From: Catajapyx aquilonaris
Lineage: Eukaryota
Direction of reading: 5' to 3'
Length of the DNA: 64,000 bases
Assembly: GCA_000934665.2 (NCBI GenBank)
Contig: KZ538091.1
Coordinates: 62,001-126,000, forward strand
Shown here: in pieces, positions 12,401-22,235 of the stretch
How positions within the stretch are numbered: the stretch's first letter is position 1
Layout: each line of letters opens with the position of its first letter
Notes under the pieces: model-generated
Databases searched by the model: none
Seen by the model: only the letters and a program-made list of their open reading frames with translations
What the model was told of the DNA's origin: nothing
Position numbers and translations under genes: made by a program

Positions 12401-15400
12401 GAAGCGATGGTGGTAAAAATGAGAAGGGGGTCGATACATATAGTCAGAATGGTTTTGGTCGACATTGGGACAAGGCTATCCAATATCGGCAAAGCAGATC
12501 GTGTGACGCGCCACTTCGGAATTTGCACAAAAATAATGATGGGCGTGCAAACCTTTTTTGTGTGTGTGTGTATATGTGTGTGTGTGAAACTCGAGTTTCG
12601 TCATCCCACTGCAATGGGGGATATGCCTCACAATGCCTTTTTTTACCCGAGTGCTGCTGCATTTTCTATTTGTGGTCGGCTCTTGTTACAGTCAGGGTGT
12701 TGCAATTGTTTGAGCAAAAAACGCGGTTATTGTATCGTGAAAATGCGCGTACTCTTCTAGTCTGCAGTAACAGAAGCTGCTGCAGATATTTTTTTTCCAG
12801 GTGATGTAATTATAGACCGTGCCTAAATGCAAATCCAATTTTTCCCTATAATAAAATGTACAGGCTTTTGAAGTTGAATTCGTGTGAGAAAATTGCAATT
12901 GCTTTGATGCGAATGTGACCAACAATGAGACTTTATAAACATTATGCGCAATTCGTTTAGGAGATGACAAATTGACATGGTTCATATTCAGCTGAGGTTG
13001 AACTATGCTTCCCTCTAAAAAAAACAAGGTTGAAAAGAGAGTTATGTGTCAGGGATGTTGAAGTGAACGTCTATTCGCGGTGGCACTATTTTACCTTCTT
13101 TTTTTTATTACCGGAGCCGCTTCGAGCTTGGAAATAACTTTTGCATTAGCCCATTTAAAGCGGTCCATACCCCCCATTTTAGATCCCCCGCTGGCATTAT
13201 CCACAAAAAAAAATTATCCGACGCTAACGACAGTTTGGCCGATGCTATTCAAACATATACTCGGGCAGCTTTCCAATCAGAAGCACGATTCGCTTCTCGC
13301 TTCCAGACAATGTAATAGTCTATAATAGTCCTGGAGGGAAAGAAACTGTGGGCCAAATTCTGCCATTGTAAAAATTGTGCAATTTTTTTTTGTTTCAACA
13401 CCATGTAACAATCGGAGCAGAATTTTTTCTATTAGAGACGAAATTGCCAAAATCGACTACAAGCTTAACAAAATCGAGTGTTTTTTTCCCTCCGGTTCAA
13501 TGCTGATTTTTCACTACTCTTTTGCATACTTGATTGACTCCCACTCTTTTTGAGTGGAAATCACTCGATCACTTAGGTGGAAAATTTTCACTCTGAGTGA
13601 TTTTTCGGAAGGACTATCATATCGGCTGACCGGATTTGGGAGGGGGTAGGGTACGCTGTACGAACATAACCCATGACATAACCTTCCTTCTCGGTGGATA
13701 CAGACCTATTTTCAACAGATACATGCCTATTTTCAGCATATACAGGCCTATTTTCAGCAGATACAAGCCTATAGGAAAGTAGGTAAAAGTGCTGCGTCAG
13801 CCGATATGAAAGTCTAGCCAATTTTTCATTCAATTTGAGTGAAATCTTCACTCAATTCGAACCGAAAACTCACTCAAAATTGAGCGAAATTGGTTTCACT
13901 CAATGAAGTTTCAGTTATTTTCACTCTTATTCCGAGTAATTTTCCATTCGATTAGAGTTAAAGTAAATCTTTCCGGAGTGAAATTCGCTCAAAAAGAGCA
14001 TGCGAAATTGCTCCCTTTGTGAGTAAAATTCTCCCTCGAATTTTTTTAGAGGGTAGAAACATTCCGCGTACTGTTACTACTGTACAGTAGTAATTTATTA
14101 CCAGGATTTATTACGTACTGTCTAGTAGACAAGGGAGGATTACACCTGTCATGCGCGTAATAACGATTGTTCCAGGCCATACCTTGGGCCCCGACCTGCA
14201 GGCTTCAGAATATCAATTCCGTGACTTTTATTTGCCCACAAAGATAACTGCAAACTAGCGTGTTTCTTGCAGTTTTATGCACGAATGTCGCCCTCACGTT
14301 GAGTTTGTAACTACCTGTGTGTGTGTATGTGTGCGTCAACAAAAAAAAACAACTGCAGTCACGCCACAAGTGCGGCAAAAAGCACATTTGCGTGCTTCAA
14401 GACCCATTTGGACATTACAGGTCTACCGGCACATGTGAGACCAAGTCATCATGCAGCACGGGGCCTCAACAGGAAGGTAATGCCCGTGTTTACAAGGCTC
14501 GCTATACTCCCCTCTACCAAAAAAAAAAGTCGGTACTAATAATGGGCCTAAAACGGTGGCCCAGGTCACACAAAAGCTATGGCACACATAACCCTCCCCC
14601 CCTCAAAAAAAAAAAAAACTTTGATCCCTACCCCCCTACCTCGATTAGTGAGGCTTTTAATAATCAGCCGGGCATGGCAAAACGAGTGGGGGGCCTCAGG
14701 CCAGCGGAATTTGCAAAAACACGGAAATTCTGACCATTTTTGCACATGAACTGTCAGGTGAAAAAGTCGCTTCGAACGTAACGATGGCTCAAATCAGTTG
14801 ACAGCCCCGGAGGTATGTGACATGTCCCAAAATAATTGAAAGACCCGCGTTCAAGTCGATGTACCGGAATAATTGGCGGAAGTAGCTGCTAATTATGCGT
14901 ATGAAATTGAATATTTCTAATCCATGATATTCCGTTACTACTGCCACTCTCAGGGTCGTCCGAGGGTGCCAGTGTGAACCCAGCTGGATTGTCACAAATC
15001 TACTATTACTACTACTACCATCGACCTTTGACCCCGGTACTGACCTGGAAGCATGGGTTCATGCACCTCTCCTGCACCACTGCCGACCCTCCATCCGTAC
15101 AGTTGAGGTAAACAGCTGGGTGTCTCCTCTCGAGTCGCTGTACTTTTGGGACCAGCAGTAGGGCTGTGTAGAAGATGGCCGTCAAAAGCACGGTGACCAG
15201 CAGGATGACCTTGTGTCGACCTGTCTTATCTGCCAGGAGACCAGTGATTGGCGCACCCACCACCGTGAAGAGGGACACCACCAGTTGGATCAGGGAGATA
15301 TCGTCGTGACGGAGGCCGACATGCTTCATATGAAGGCTTAGGAAAGGGTAGAGGCATCCTAACCCTGGAGGGGGGGAAAAAGACGATTAAAATAATAAAA

Positions 15401-18400
15401 CTGAAATGGAGGTAGGTCCAGGTTTTAGTCGGACAAGCACTGAATGTTGTATGATCTCTTCAATTTTTCAGGAGCAGTACGTTAGGGCAACTTTAACAAA
15501 GTATGAAGCGACAACTGTCTAATTCATTATGGAGCTAAATGCGTCCGGATGGACCTGTGGATTTCAAGCCTGCCTAGGGCTAAGTCATGTTTTGGCTAAT
15601 TGATTTTGGCAACTGACTCCGCCCACTTTACTGTTGGATGCGATTGGTTCCCTTGAAAATGGAGAGTTAATCATTCATGTTAACCTAACCTACCGTAGCC
15701 TAACCTCTTTACATTATGTATTAGCCCATGCTAACATTGAATTTTATGGTAGTTTCACATAGAAAAAATATCAATACATTACGTTAATAGACACCGATTC
15801 AGAATTTGAACTCCCAAATGAAATTATGGCAATTACTGTTCACGCCAGCTAATAAGTCACATGTATAAGGTGAAGAAGTTACCACGAATTATTGTACCGT
15901 TAATTTGAAATGGAAATATGCTGTACGTTACATATACGGTTCACTTTTATATGGCAGAGAAACCATCACTGAGCAAATAAATTAATTCCGCCTCTGTGCC
16001 GGAATATTATCCGCATATTACACTGCAGATTCGCGATTACTGTAAAATGTACAGCACAAAAGGTCTGCCAAATGCTCAAATAATTTTTTTTTTGTACCTG
16101 TGCTCACATTTTCTGCTAGCATTTCCTCCTGCCTAAATAATGAACAGAACAAATAGTAGAACACGACCTGCTATTACATTAACTAAATGAACTGATTCGA
16201 TATACTGTACAGGTCTATATACTGTGCACATAAACCCCAAGCAGTTTTAAACAAGGTGATTCAGAAATTCCTTTCAATTTCCATCAGTATATTCCATAGC
16301 TAACTATATTCTATAAGAAAACAATTGCCTATTGAAATGTCGCAAAATGACATTACAGTGACACCTGTCTATGTTGGACACTGACGGTTCCGAGGAAAAT
16401 TCTTCAACAGGAAGGAGTCTAACTTCACAGGTTTCACTGTATTATGATCATGATCATTATAATACGCCATATATGGTTAAACTGCTAAGTAATGATATTG
16501 AATTTCCGTGTATATATATAGCACATCAGTTTTCATGGGCAAAATTGAATTCTCCACTAAAAGGCGCGCCACACCCATAAATAATAATCTCCGCTTTGAA
16601 CTCCAAATATATCCACGTGCTTAATCTACTTTTTAAAATCAATTAAGCTTCTTTGTAAACCTGTTATTTAATTGTCAAAATGAGCTTCTAAAGTTAGTTC
16701 TACTTATAGTGAAAAAAAGCAGCTGTCTTTACGCTTTGCAATTTGTTTGTCCGAGCTGATAGTACCTTGCATGACCTCAGAGGGCAGGAGTGTACAGAGG
16801 AGAATGCGCCATCTATGAGCGGAGTAAGGTACTACGTGGACAACCACATTTCATTTTACGTGTTCCCATTCGCCATACAATATTTTATACGACATCCGTG
16901 TCACTTTCTGGCCATATATCTCCCCTCCAGCTTTGCCTGACAATGTCGCTTGTACAGCAGTAGGAATAATGCGACAAAGGCGCCCCTTATTTCTCACTTC
17001 CATTTCCGGAGCTGTGGGGAGGGGGGGGCGAATTCCCAAAATTTATAACCCGGCCAAATTGCCGCGCATGTTGAATATGTTAAGCCCCGACTGCAATTCC
17101 CTCTAATTCATACCGCTCAATAGGCACTCCGTATAATCACACTCCGCTTTATGCAATGACGTCCCTCCGACCCTAATCTCGTCGCAACAGACCTCAACTG
17201 TGGCCACAACAAATGTGCGTCCTTCTACTAGAACTGGGGAGAATTAGGATGACCTCGTTGATATGTCCCCTATCCTTTTTTTTATTATTATTCCCCCCCC
17301 CCCCCCCAAAAAAAAAGTGCGGGGTTGGACACGCCTAGATTTTTATGATCGGTTAGCGCGGCCATGCGGCTCACATAGAAGCGGGGGTTGAAGGACAGGA
17401 ATGATCCCGAGCGTGATTGGTCGGGATCAAAGGCTGCAGGACGTGACTAGAGAGCATGGTGAGGTAGGGCCAAGTGCTAACTGCAGTTAAATTCCTTTTA
17501 CTTTTGGAGCAAGTGGATTCGAAATGCGCCAGTTCCGCGGCAACGTGTGAATTGTGACTCAAAATGCTGGAAGGAAAAAGGTCATTTCAGGTGACCTCAA
17601 CGAAATTTTGCCCTGAACATCCTAAAGTTCAGCATGAAAAGTCAGAATATTTCATTACTTTTATTAGGAAAAAGTTATGCGGGTTAATAATATTCCAGCA
17701 GCTTATTGGTCTGAGATTTGGAAATATTTGTACACTATACCTGTAAGTACGCTTTCCACCACTTTTCAGCACCAAATTGTCATTCCTCGAAAAATTAGCG
17801 CGGGTTCAAAAGCCACTTTCAAATTGCCGCGAAAAAGGGGGCGTGGCCTAGGGGGTCACATTTCGACTCCTGCCTGATAGTTACTGCTTTAAAAGAATCA
17901 GAGTATACCCTGATTCTTGATAGTTACTGCTAGTTACTTACCATCGTAGTTACTGATAGTTACAAAAGAATCAGAGTACGGTATTATAGGCTCCTCGGCT
18001 TAGCTTTCAAAGCTCTCAGTAACTATATCAGGCATGAGTCGGAATGCGCCCTAGGACACGCCCCCTTCTTTCAGCGGCAATTTGAAAGTGGCTTTTAAAG
18101 TAACATCTGTGCACACTGTAGAAATACTTTGGGACCAGAAATTTCCATCCCCACTTGGTCAATAGAAATTCGGAATTCCAGATTCACATCATCAACATGA
18201 TTTTTTTTTTTTTAAAAAAAAGACACCACAGATCCGAGTATTTCTTTCCCACCCTGTACTTCCGCCAAAGTTACTCCCTGCAATATAATTTTCCATTTCC
18301 CCACCATCCAGCCGCGTCTCCCGGATCTTTTACAGCCCGGTGAGACATCCCAGGCGGCATTTAACTACCGCATACTTTCCAACTGCCATACTCGAGCCTG

Positions 18401-21264
18401 GTTAGCGTTAACTTACGCACCATTTTTTTTGTTTTTGCAAAAAAAAAAAAAGTATGGGGAAGCTGTTCTTGACTCATCTCTAGCCGCGGCCACCTCAAAG
18501 TTGAAACCAGCGAAACCCCGTCGCGGTTTGGGGATTGTTCGCGAGGAAACTATTCGGCGCCCGCAGCCACCATTTGTCTGCACCAGGCCCAAATTGCCTA
18601 ATGGGGCCTGGTGCTGTCGGGGTGAATTTGCAGCAAAGTGGCGTCGCCATGGGCCCCTAAGCTAGGCCCGGCCCATCAGTCAAAGTTTCTGGATGCTACT
18701 GCTTCCCATTAGCAGGTGAGCAGGCCACGTTCACGTGACAGGAATGTTTAGAGGCGACCTATTCACAGTAGAACTCTGCCTTATCTGAAAATCAACATAC
18801 ATGCCAAAATAAGTATCGAAATTTCTCGTTTTAATGCAAACGAGAGAAAACTTGGCAGTAACGCCACTACTAGATGGCGCACAGGGTCTGCGCACTACTG
18901 CCGCTCTCAGGAGTAAAGTAGTATTACATGCACGTTGGTGATGAGTCACTGTGGACACAGTCTCGCCTAGTTAATTCTACATAAGGTAGCACAAATGGTC
19001 GTACTATAGCCAAAAACCATAATCTATGGCCAAAACCCATAATTTTACGTTCACCTCCCAAGAAATGGAGTGGTGGGGTAATAAACAAAATGTGATGAAA
19101 AATCTTCATTAACATTATCTGAACTTTAGAATGGATAATTATGAATCGTAACAATAGAGCTGGCTAGGTGAATATCAAAGTTGAAGTTAATTAACAAGTG
19201 GAATAAATACGATTACACCTTGGTGAATTTCTGTGGGGTGTGGTAAAAATTGCTGCCACTACGTTAATTTGTTACTTAGCAGGACGTAATCACGTAACTT
19301 TTAATTGTGAACCGTAGGGGCTACAATAACCAAAGACAGCATTGAAATTAATTTTATAAAAATTTATCACTGAATTTTAAAATGTTTATTGCTCTATTGT
19401 TACTATATTCATAATGATCTATTATGAAGTCCAGATAATCTTAATGTAGATTTTTTAAATCACATTTTGTTTATTACCCCACTACTGCAATTCTTGGGAG
19501 GTGAACGCATAGAATTATGGGTTTGAGCACATTTTGATCAAGATTCGCACTGTTCTCTCTGCATTCAATTTTTTGCTATAGGAAGTCTGAAGATTAGACG
19601 CACCTTTCCGGCCGCATATTTTATTCTGAAGGACCTTAGCATCTCATTTCTGCGAGCATGCTTTCTCTTCTTACGGTTTCCAAGTTGAGGGAGGTGAGGA
19701 AGACCTTTTCTTCGCCTCGGTTATTTCGAGACCAATGGGACCTTTTTCCGCAGCCCAGACAAATTTGCATATATTTTTGCTCCCCCCCTACGACCTCCCC
19801 ATCCCCCCCCCCCCATCCTCCTCCTTCCACCACCCTTCTCGCTTAATCAACACAAAGAGTGGAATGCACTATAAACCCCCTCGAGTTTGTGCCCGAGTTC
19901 AACGCACCTGATGGCATTATACACAGTGATAAAAAGGTAGTTAATTCGGGTGCTGGTTAAACTTGTATTAGGCCCACGTGGTACAGGATGAAGGTATATA
20001 AAGCTGCTGGATACCCAATACAATTTTTACTAAATATTTTTAAACAAAATATTTGTGAAATAATGTGAATCCAAAACGAATTTATTTCGTAGCTATTAAT
20101 GAAAATTAGCAATCACATGTTTGCTTTCAAATGGGCTGGTTGCTGGAGGTAAACAATCCAATGATTTCTGCCTCCTTCTGCCTCCGCTGCTATTGAACTG
20201 TGGCTGGTGCAACAGCCTGCAAGGATATTGGAGGAACCAAGACTGTGGGGGCAATGCGACGTCGTAATGGACCACACACTGTCTGGGAAGAGGTGACGTG
20301 ATGGCCGACATTTAGGTTTGACGGCTTGTTTCATTTGAATTGATGGCGGCAATTTGAGCGTCTCTCTCTCTCTCTCCCTGAAACCCAATTCGTTGGCGTT
20401 TTGATTAAGCAGGAAAAGGATCCTGCTAAAAGCGAAATTAACAGCACCAATTTCGTGAATCAAATTTGCAAATTTACAGGGGGCGGTGCCCAAGTCACCA
20501 ATCTATATAACATTGAGGAATCAATTTAGAGCTAAGTGAATTCAGGTTTCTGGGAGTCAACAATTCAAACTTTTCCACTTTATTACTGCACACTTTAACA
20601 TGCATGGAAACGAAATTGTCTCCGGCTATGTATGTAAGTTGCCGAATTATACCACATCCCCGGTATGCATGTTTTAAGTGCGAGGTAGGGCCTACACTGA
20701 ATTGTTCCCCGGCTCATAATAATGTGACAATGGGACTTGCATGCTCTGAACAGTGCAGAAATTTGCATACAGGTTTCTTGGCCTACTTGCAGCTCAACAG
20801 TACTGTTGAGCTGCAAATTTCTTCAATTAAATCTAACATTAGCAACTATGACGTCATAGTTGCTAATGGGACGGGAGAGACAACACGTGGTGTTAACTAG
20901 TCGACAGCCAGCTAGCGACTGAGGAGTTCATCTACCCATTGCGCATGCGCTGAACGGGGACCAATCGGAAGCTTCGCGGTAACAAATAGACGGGGGCCAA
21001 TCGGAAGCGTGGCAGTAACAATATGCGTCGGACCAACACGAATGCTTATACAAACAACGCAAGGATTTTAATATTATAGATGATTAGAGGCTTCCTTCAT
21101 ACTAGGAGCCGCAAGATGGCAATATTATACCAACCTAAATGAAACACTGGTGTCCATCAGTAGTTTTTATCAGACAAAGGCTATACATGATATGAGCACT
21201 TACCTCCAAAGAAGCAGAAGAGAAGGACTTTGAGCGAGAGCAGGTTTGTATTGATGCAGCCCAT
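331..21264 (-). CDS. MFSD6: MFSD6-like major facilitator superfamily transporter (CG31663-type), 8 coding exons, 655 aa
   Basis: Hand-spliced join 21264-21204, 15364-15045, 10000-9613, 7433-6824, 1408-1242, 1176-1009, 861-682, 404-331. All introns GT..AG, phases 1,0,1,2,1,1,1, total 1968 nt, no internal stop. Protein has MFS motif A (GLLADKTGRHK), an MFSD6-type N-terminus (LLSLKVLLFCFFGGLGCLYPFLSLHMKHVGL), the motif GKELLWGSVG, many hydrophobic helices and a large Cys-rich loop after TM3. Family assignment is from recall, not a database search. Confidence 0.9.
682..861 (-). CDS. MFSD6: MFSD6-like coding exon 7 (last TM helices)
   Basis: Acceptor ATTACAG; donor AAA|GTGAGT; 180 nt. Encodes GRGIGAA...ILATVYLFLYYTC...YGE. 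Confidence 0.88.
915..985. repeat. Inverted repeat/hairpin in a 147-nt intron (25-bp arms, 21-nt loop)
   Basis: TGATCTTTCCTACGCGGCGAAGTGG (915-939) versus CCACTTCGTCGCGTAGGAAAGATCA (961-985): 24 of 25 positions complementary. Confidence 0.9.
1009..1176 (-). CDS. MFSD6: MFSD6-like coding exon 6
   Basis: Follows a 65-nt intron. Acceptor TTCTGCAG; donor TAG|GTACAG; 168 nt. Encodes YAYLENPWLCLIMEVMEVFTLTLMWATAS...ICHFSL. Confidence 0.9.
1242..1408 (-). CDS. MFSD6: MFSD6-like coding exon 5
   Basis: Pyrimidine-tract acceptor ending TTCCAG; donor GCG|GTATGC; 167 nt. Encodes HLLHLKASKLLLGL...VDYCGYANLLIIAFIFYILRFS. Confidence 0.92.
1999..2321. other. Assembly gap (N run) flanked by poly-C
   Basis: Ns in the sequence. 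Confidence 1.
3285..3436 (-). mobile_element. Non-autonomous Helitron-like element, family A
   Basis: Minus strand reads A|TCTATAATATTAAAA...CTAG|T, inserted between A and T with no TSD. Similar to copies near 5581, 11251, 20897 and 43892. Confidence 0.65.
5581..5717 (-). mobile_element. Helitron-like family A copy (3' end degraded)
   Basis: Shares CCCATTGCGCATGCGC...CCAATCGGAAGC...CCAATCAGAAGGCAT...TTTTAATATTATAGAT with the other copies. Confidence 0.65.
6824..7433 (-). CDS. MFSD6: MFSD6-like coding exon 4 (end of loop and several TM helices)
   Basis: Acceptor TTTGCAG; donor CTG|GTAAGT; 610 nt. Encodes TFWTYLMFR, GKELLWGSVG and hydrophobic helices. Confidence 0.93.
7466..7570 (+). mobile_element. 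Degraded family D Helitron-like copy
   Basis: GTATAAAAGGCAAAGTTTGTTTGTCCATG and CCGTGCGAA resemble the 63466 copy. Confidence 0.4.
9613..10000 (-). CDS. MFSD6: MFSD6-like coding exon 3 (large loop with basic and acidic tracts)
   Basis: Acceptor TTTTATTTTCCAG; donor CAG|GTACGA; 388 nt; phases 0 and 1 match both neighbours. Confidence 0.88.
11251..11463 (+). mobile_element. Helitron-like family A copy
   Basis: TAATATTAAAATC start and TTTTTCTAG|T end; reverse-complement similar to 43892-44116 along its length. Confidence 0.65.
12083..12309 (-). mobile_element. Tc1/mariner-type MITE, family C
   Basis: Ends TA|CAGGGTGGCCCA...TGGACCACCCTG; the interior is the reverse complement of the 34447-34693 interior. 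Confidence 0.6.
13612..13814. mobile_element. Small MITE with 19-bp TIRs and an internal 21-bp tandem repeat
   Basis: GACTATCATATCGGCTGAC (13612-13630) and GTCAGCCGATATGAAAGTC (13796-13814) match at 18 of 19; about 3.5 copies of GATACAGGCCTATTTTCAGCA inside. Confidence 0.6.
15045..15364 (-). CDS. MFSD6: MFSD6-like coding exon 2 (TM1-TM3, motif A)
   Basis: Pyrimidine-tract acceptor ending CTCCAG; donor CAG|GTCAGT; 320 nt. Encodes LGCLYPFLSLHMKHVGL...GLLADKTGRHK...NPCFQ. Confidence 0.93.
16742..16840 (-). repeat. Family C internal fragment
   Basis: TGTTTGTCCGA..TGATAGTA..GGCAGGAGTGT..GCGCCATCTATG matches the reverse complement of the family C core. Confidence 0.6.
17808..18096. mobile_element. 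Foldback MITE with ~80-bp terminal inverted repeats
   Basis: AAAAGCCACTTTCAAATTGCCGC...TGCCTGATAGTTACTG is mirrored at the right end; the interior has repeated TAGTTAC and AAAAGAATCAGAGTA. Confidence 0.75.
18862..18949 (+). repeat. Dispersed repeat, family B
   Basis: CTACTAGATGGCGCACAGG..ACTACTGCC..TACATGCACGTTGGTGATGA; also at 38566-38666 and 51364-51463. Confidence 0.75.
20787..20868. repeat. Two adjacent perfect palindromes (30 bp and 32 bp)
   Basis: TTGCAGCTCAACAGT|ACTGTTGAGCTGCAA (20787-20816) and CATTAGCAACTATGAC|GTCATAGTTGCTAATG (20837-20868). Confidence 0.95.
20897..21080 (-). mobile_element. Helitron-like family A copy
   Basis: A|TCTATAATATTAAAATCC...AGTCG-loop-CGACTAG|T, with an internal duplication of the CCAATCGGAAGC unit. 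Confidence 0.65.
21204..21264 (-). CDS. MFSD6: MFSD6-like coding exon 1 (MGCINTNLLSLKVLLFCFFG-G)
   Basis: ATG in GAGATGG context. Donor GAG|GTAAGT. 61 nt, phase 1, joins exon 2 as FFGGLGCLYPF. Not in the ORF track. Confidence 0.9.
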
Positions 21265-21405
21265 CTCAAACTCCGGTACACAGCACACAGCTTCTCCTCT
21301 CGGTTCCAAAAAAAAAAAATGGGACTTATCTTCCAAGTCCGTGAGACATGTCCTGGCAGCAGGGAAGAGGCACTTGCTCCGTCACATCCTCCTCGTCTCC
21401 TCCCC
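21265..21405 (-). other. 5'-UTR part of the start-codon exon
   Basis: Strong acceptor CTTTTTTCTTCTGCTTCTTCCACAG| immediately before 21405, implying non-coding exon(s) further upstream. Confidence 0.6.
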
Positions 21406-21988
21406 CTGTGGAAGAAGCAGAAGAAAAAAGATGGTAGGAGGATTCAGGATTACACCGATCGAATCGGGGCCAAAAATAATGACTTCTCTAGGCTTTTGGG
21501 AGGGTGCGATGGTTCCTTCGCGCCGAAGAGCTTCAGGGGGCTCCGGATTGGATTCTCCGGGACGAAGGAATCGCCTTAATCCCTGTCTCATGCCCCGAGG
21601 TAACTAAAGCAAAGAAGACGTAGCCTTGCCGTTTTCAGGGCTTGATCTTCGTACATAAAATAGAGGCAGGCCTTGGTATTTGCAGCTGGAAAGCCCCCCC
21701 TCTAACTGAACTCTATTTCTCTCTCAAACGCACTTTCCACTGCAATTAAAGAAGCAGGAAGGCAGAGGCAGGGGTTGTCAAAAAGAATTGCTAATTAGCG
21801 CCGCTTGGGCATATACTATAAAGGCGCCGAGGTTCTCTCGTAAGTCTTGTCTCTAGGAAAACCTCCAGTACTTTAACTTTGCAAGATGATAATATTGTAG
21901 ATGGGCGGAGGAAAAATACTATTAGAGCTGGAAAAAAAAGCGCCATCTGTCACAATCATGGCGGACTTTAAAAAGTTTTTCGAGGGTA

Positions 21989-22235
21989 CAGGGTGCTTCA
22001 TTGCGAAAGTTTTTCGCTTAAAAATTCGGCTTTAAAATTAGCTGCGAACATTTAGTTTGTGCACCGATTGGACCACATCTGATACGATTTTTGGTCCGTT
22101 TCTGTGGAGGAAAAGGGTATGAATTATTCACTCCAGCTGATAGGAACTGGAGCGAGTAATCCATCAACCGTTTTAAAAAGAAATCCTGCTCCATTGTTGT
22201 AGTTGTCAACTTTTTTTGGTCGGTATACCACCCTG
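21989..22235. mobile_element. Putative Tc1/mariner-type MITE relic
   Basis: TA|CAGGGTG...CACCCTG|TA, 247 bp. Confidence 0.45.

Noticed and set aside
14074..14093. 20-bp perfect palindrome TTACTACTGTACAGTAGTAA (similar 16-mer at 29857)
   Set aside because: Built from the low-complexity TACTGTACAGTA word that recurs in this window; no further support.
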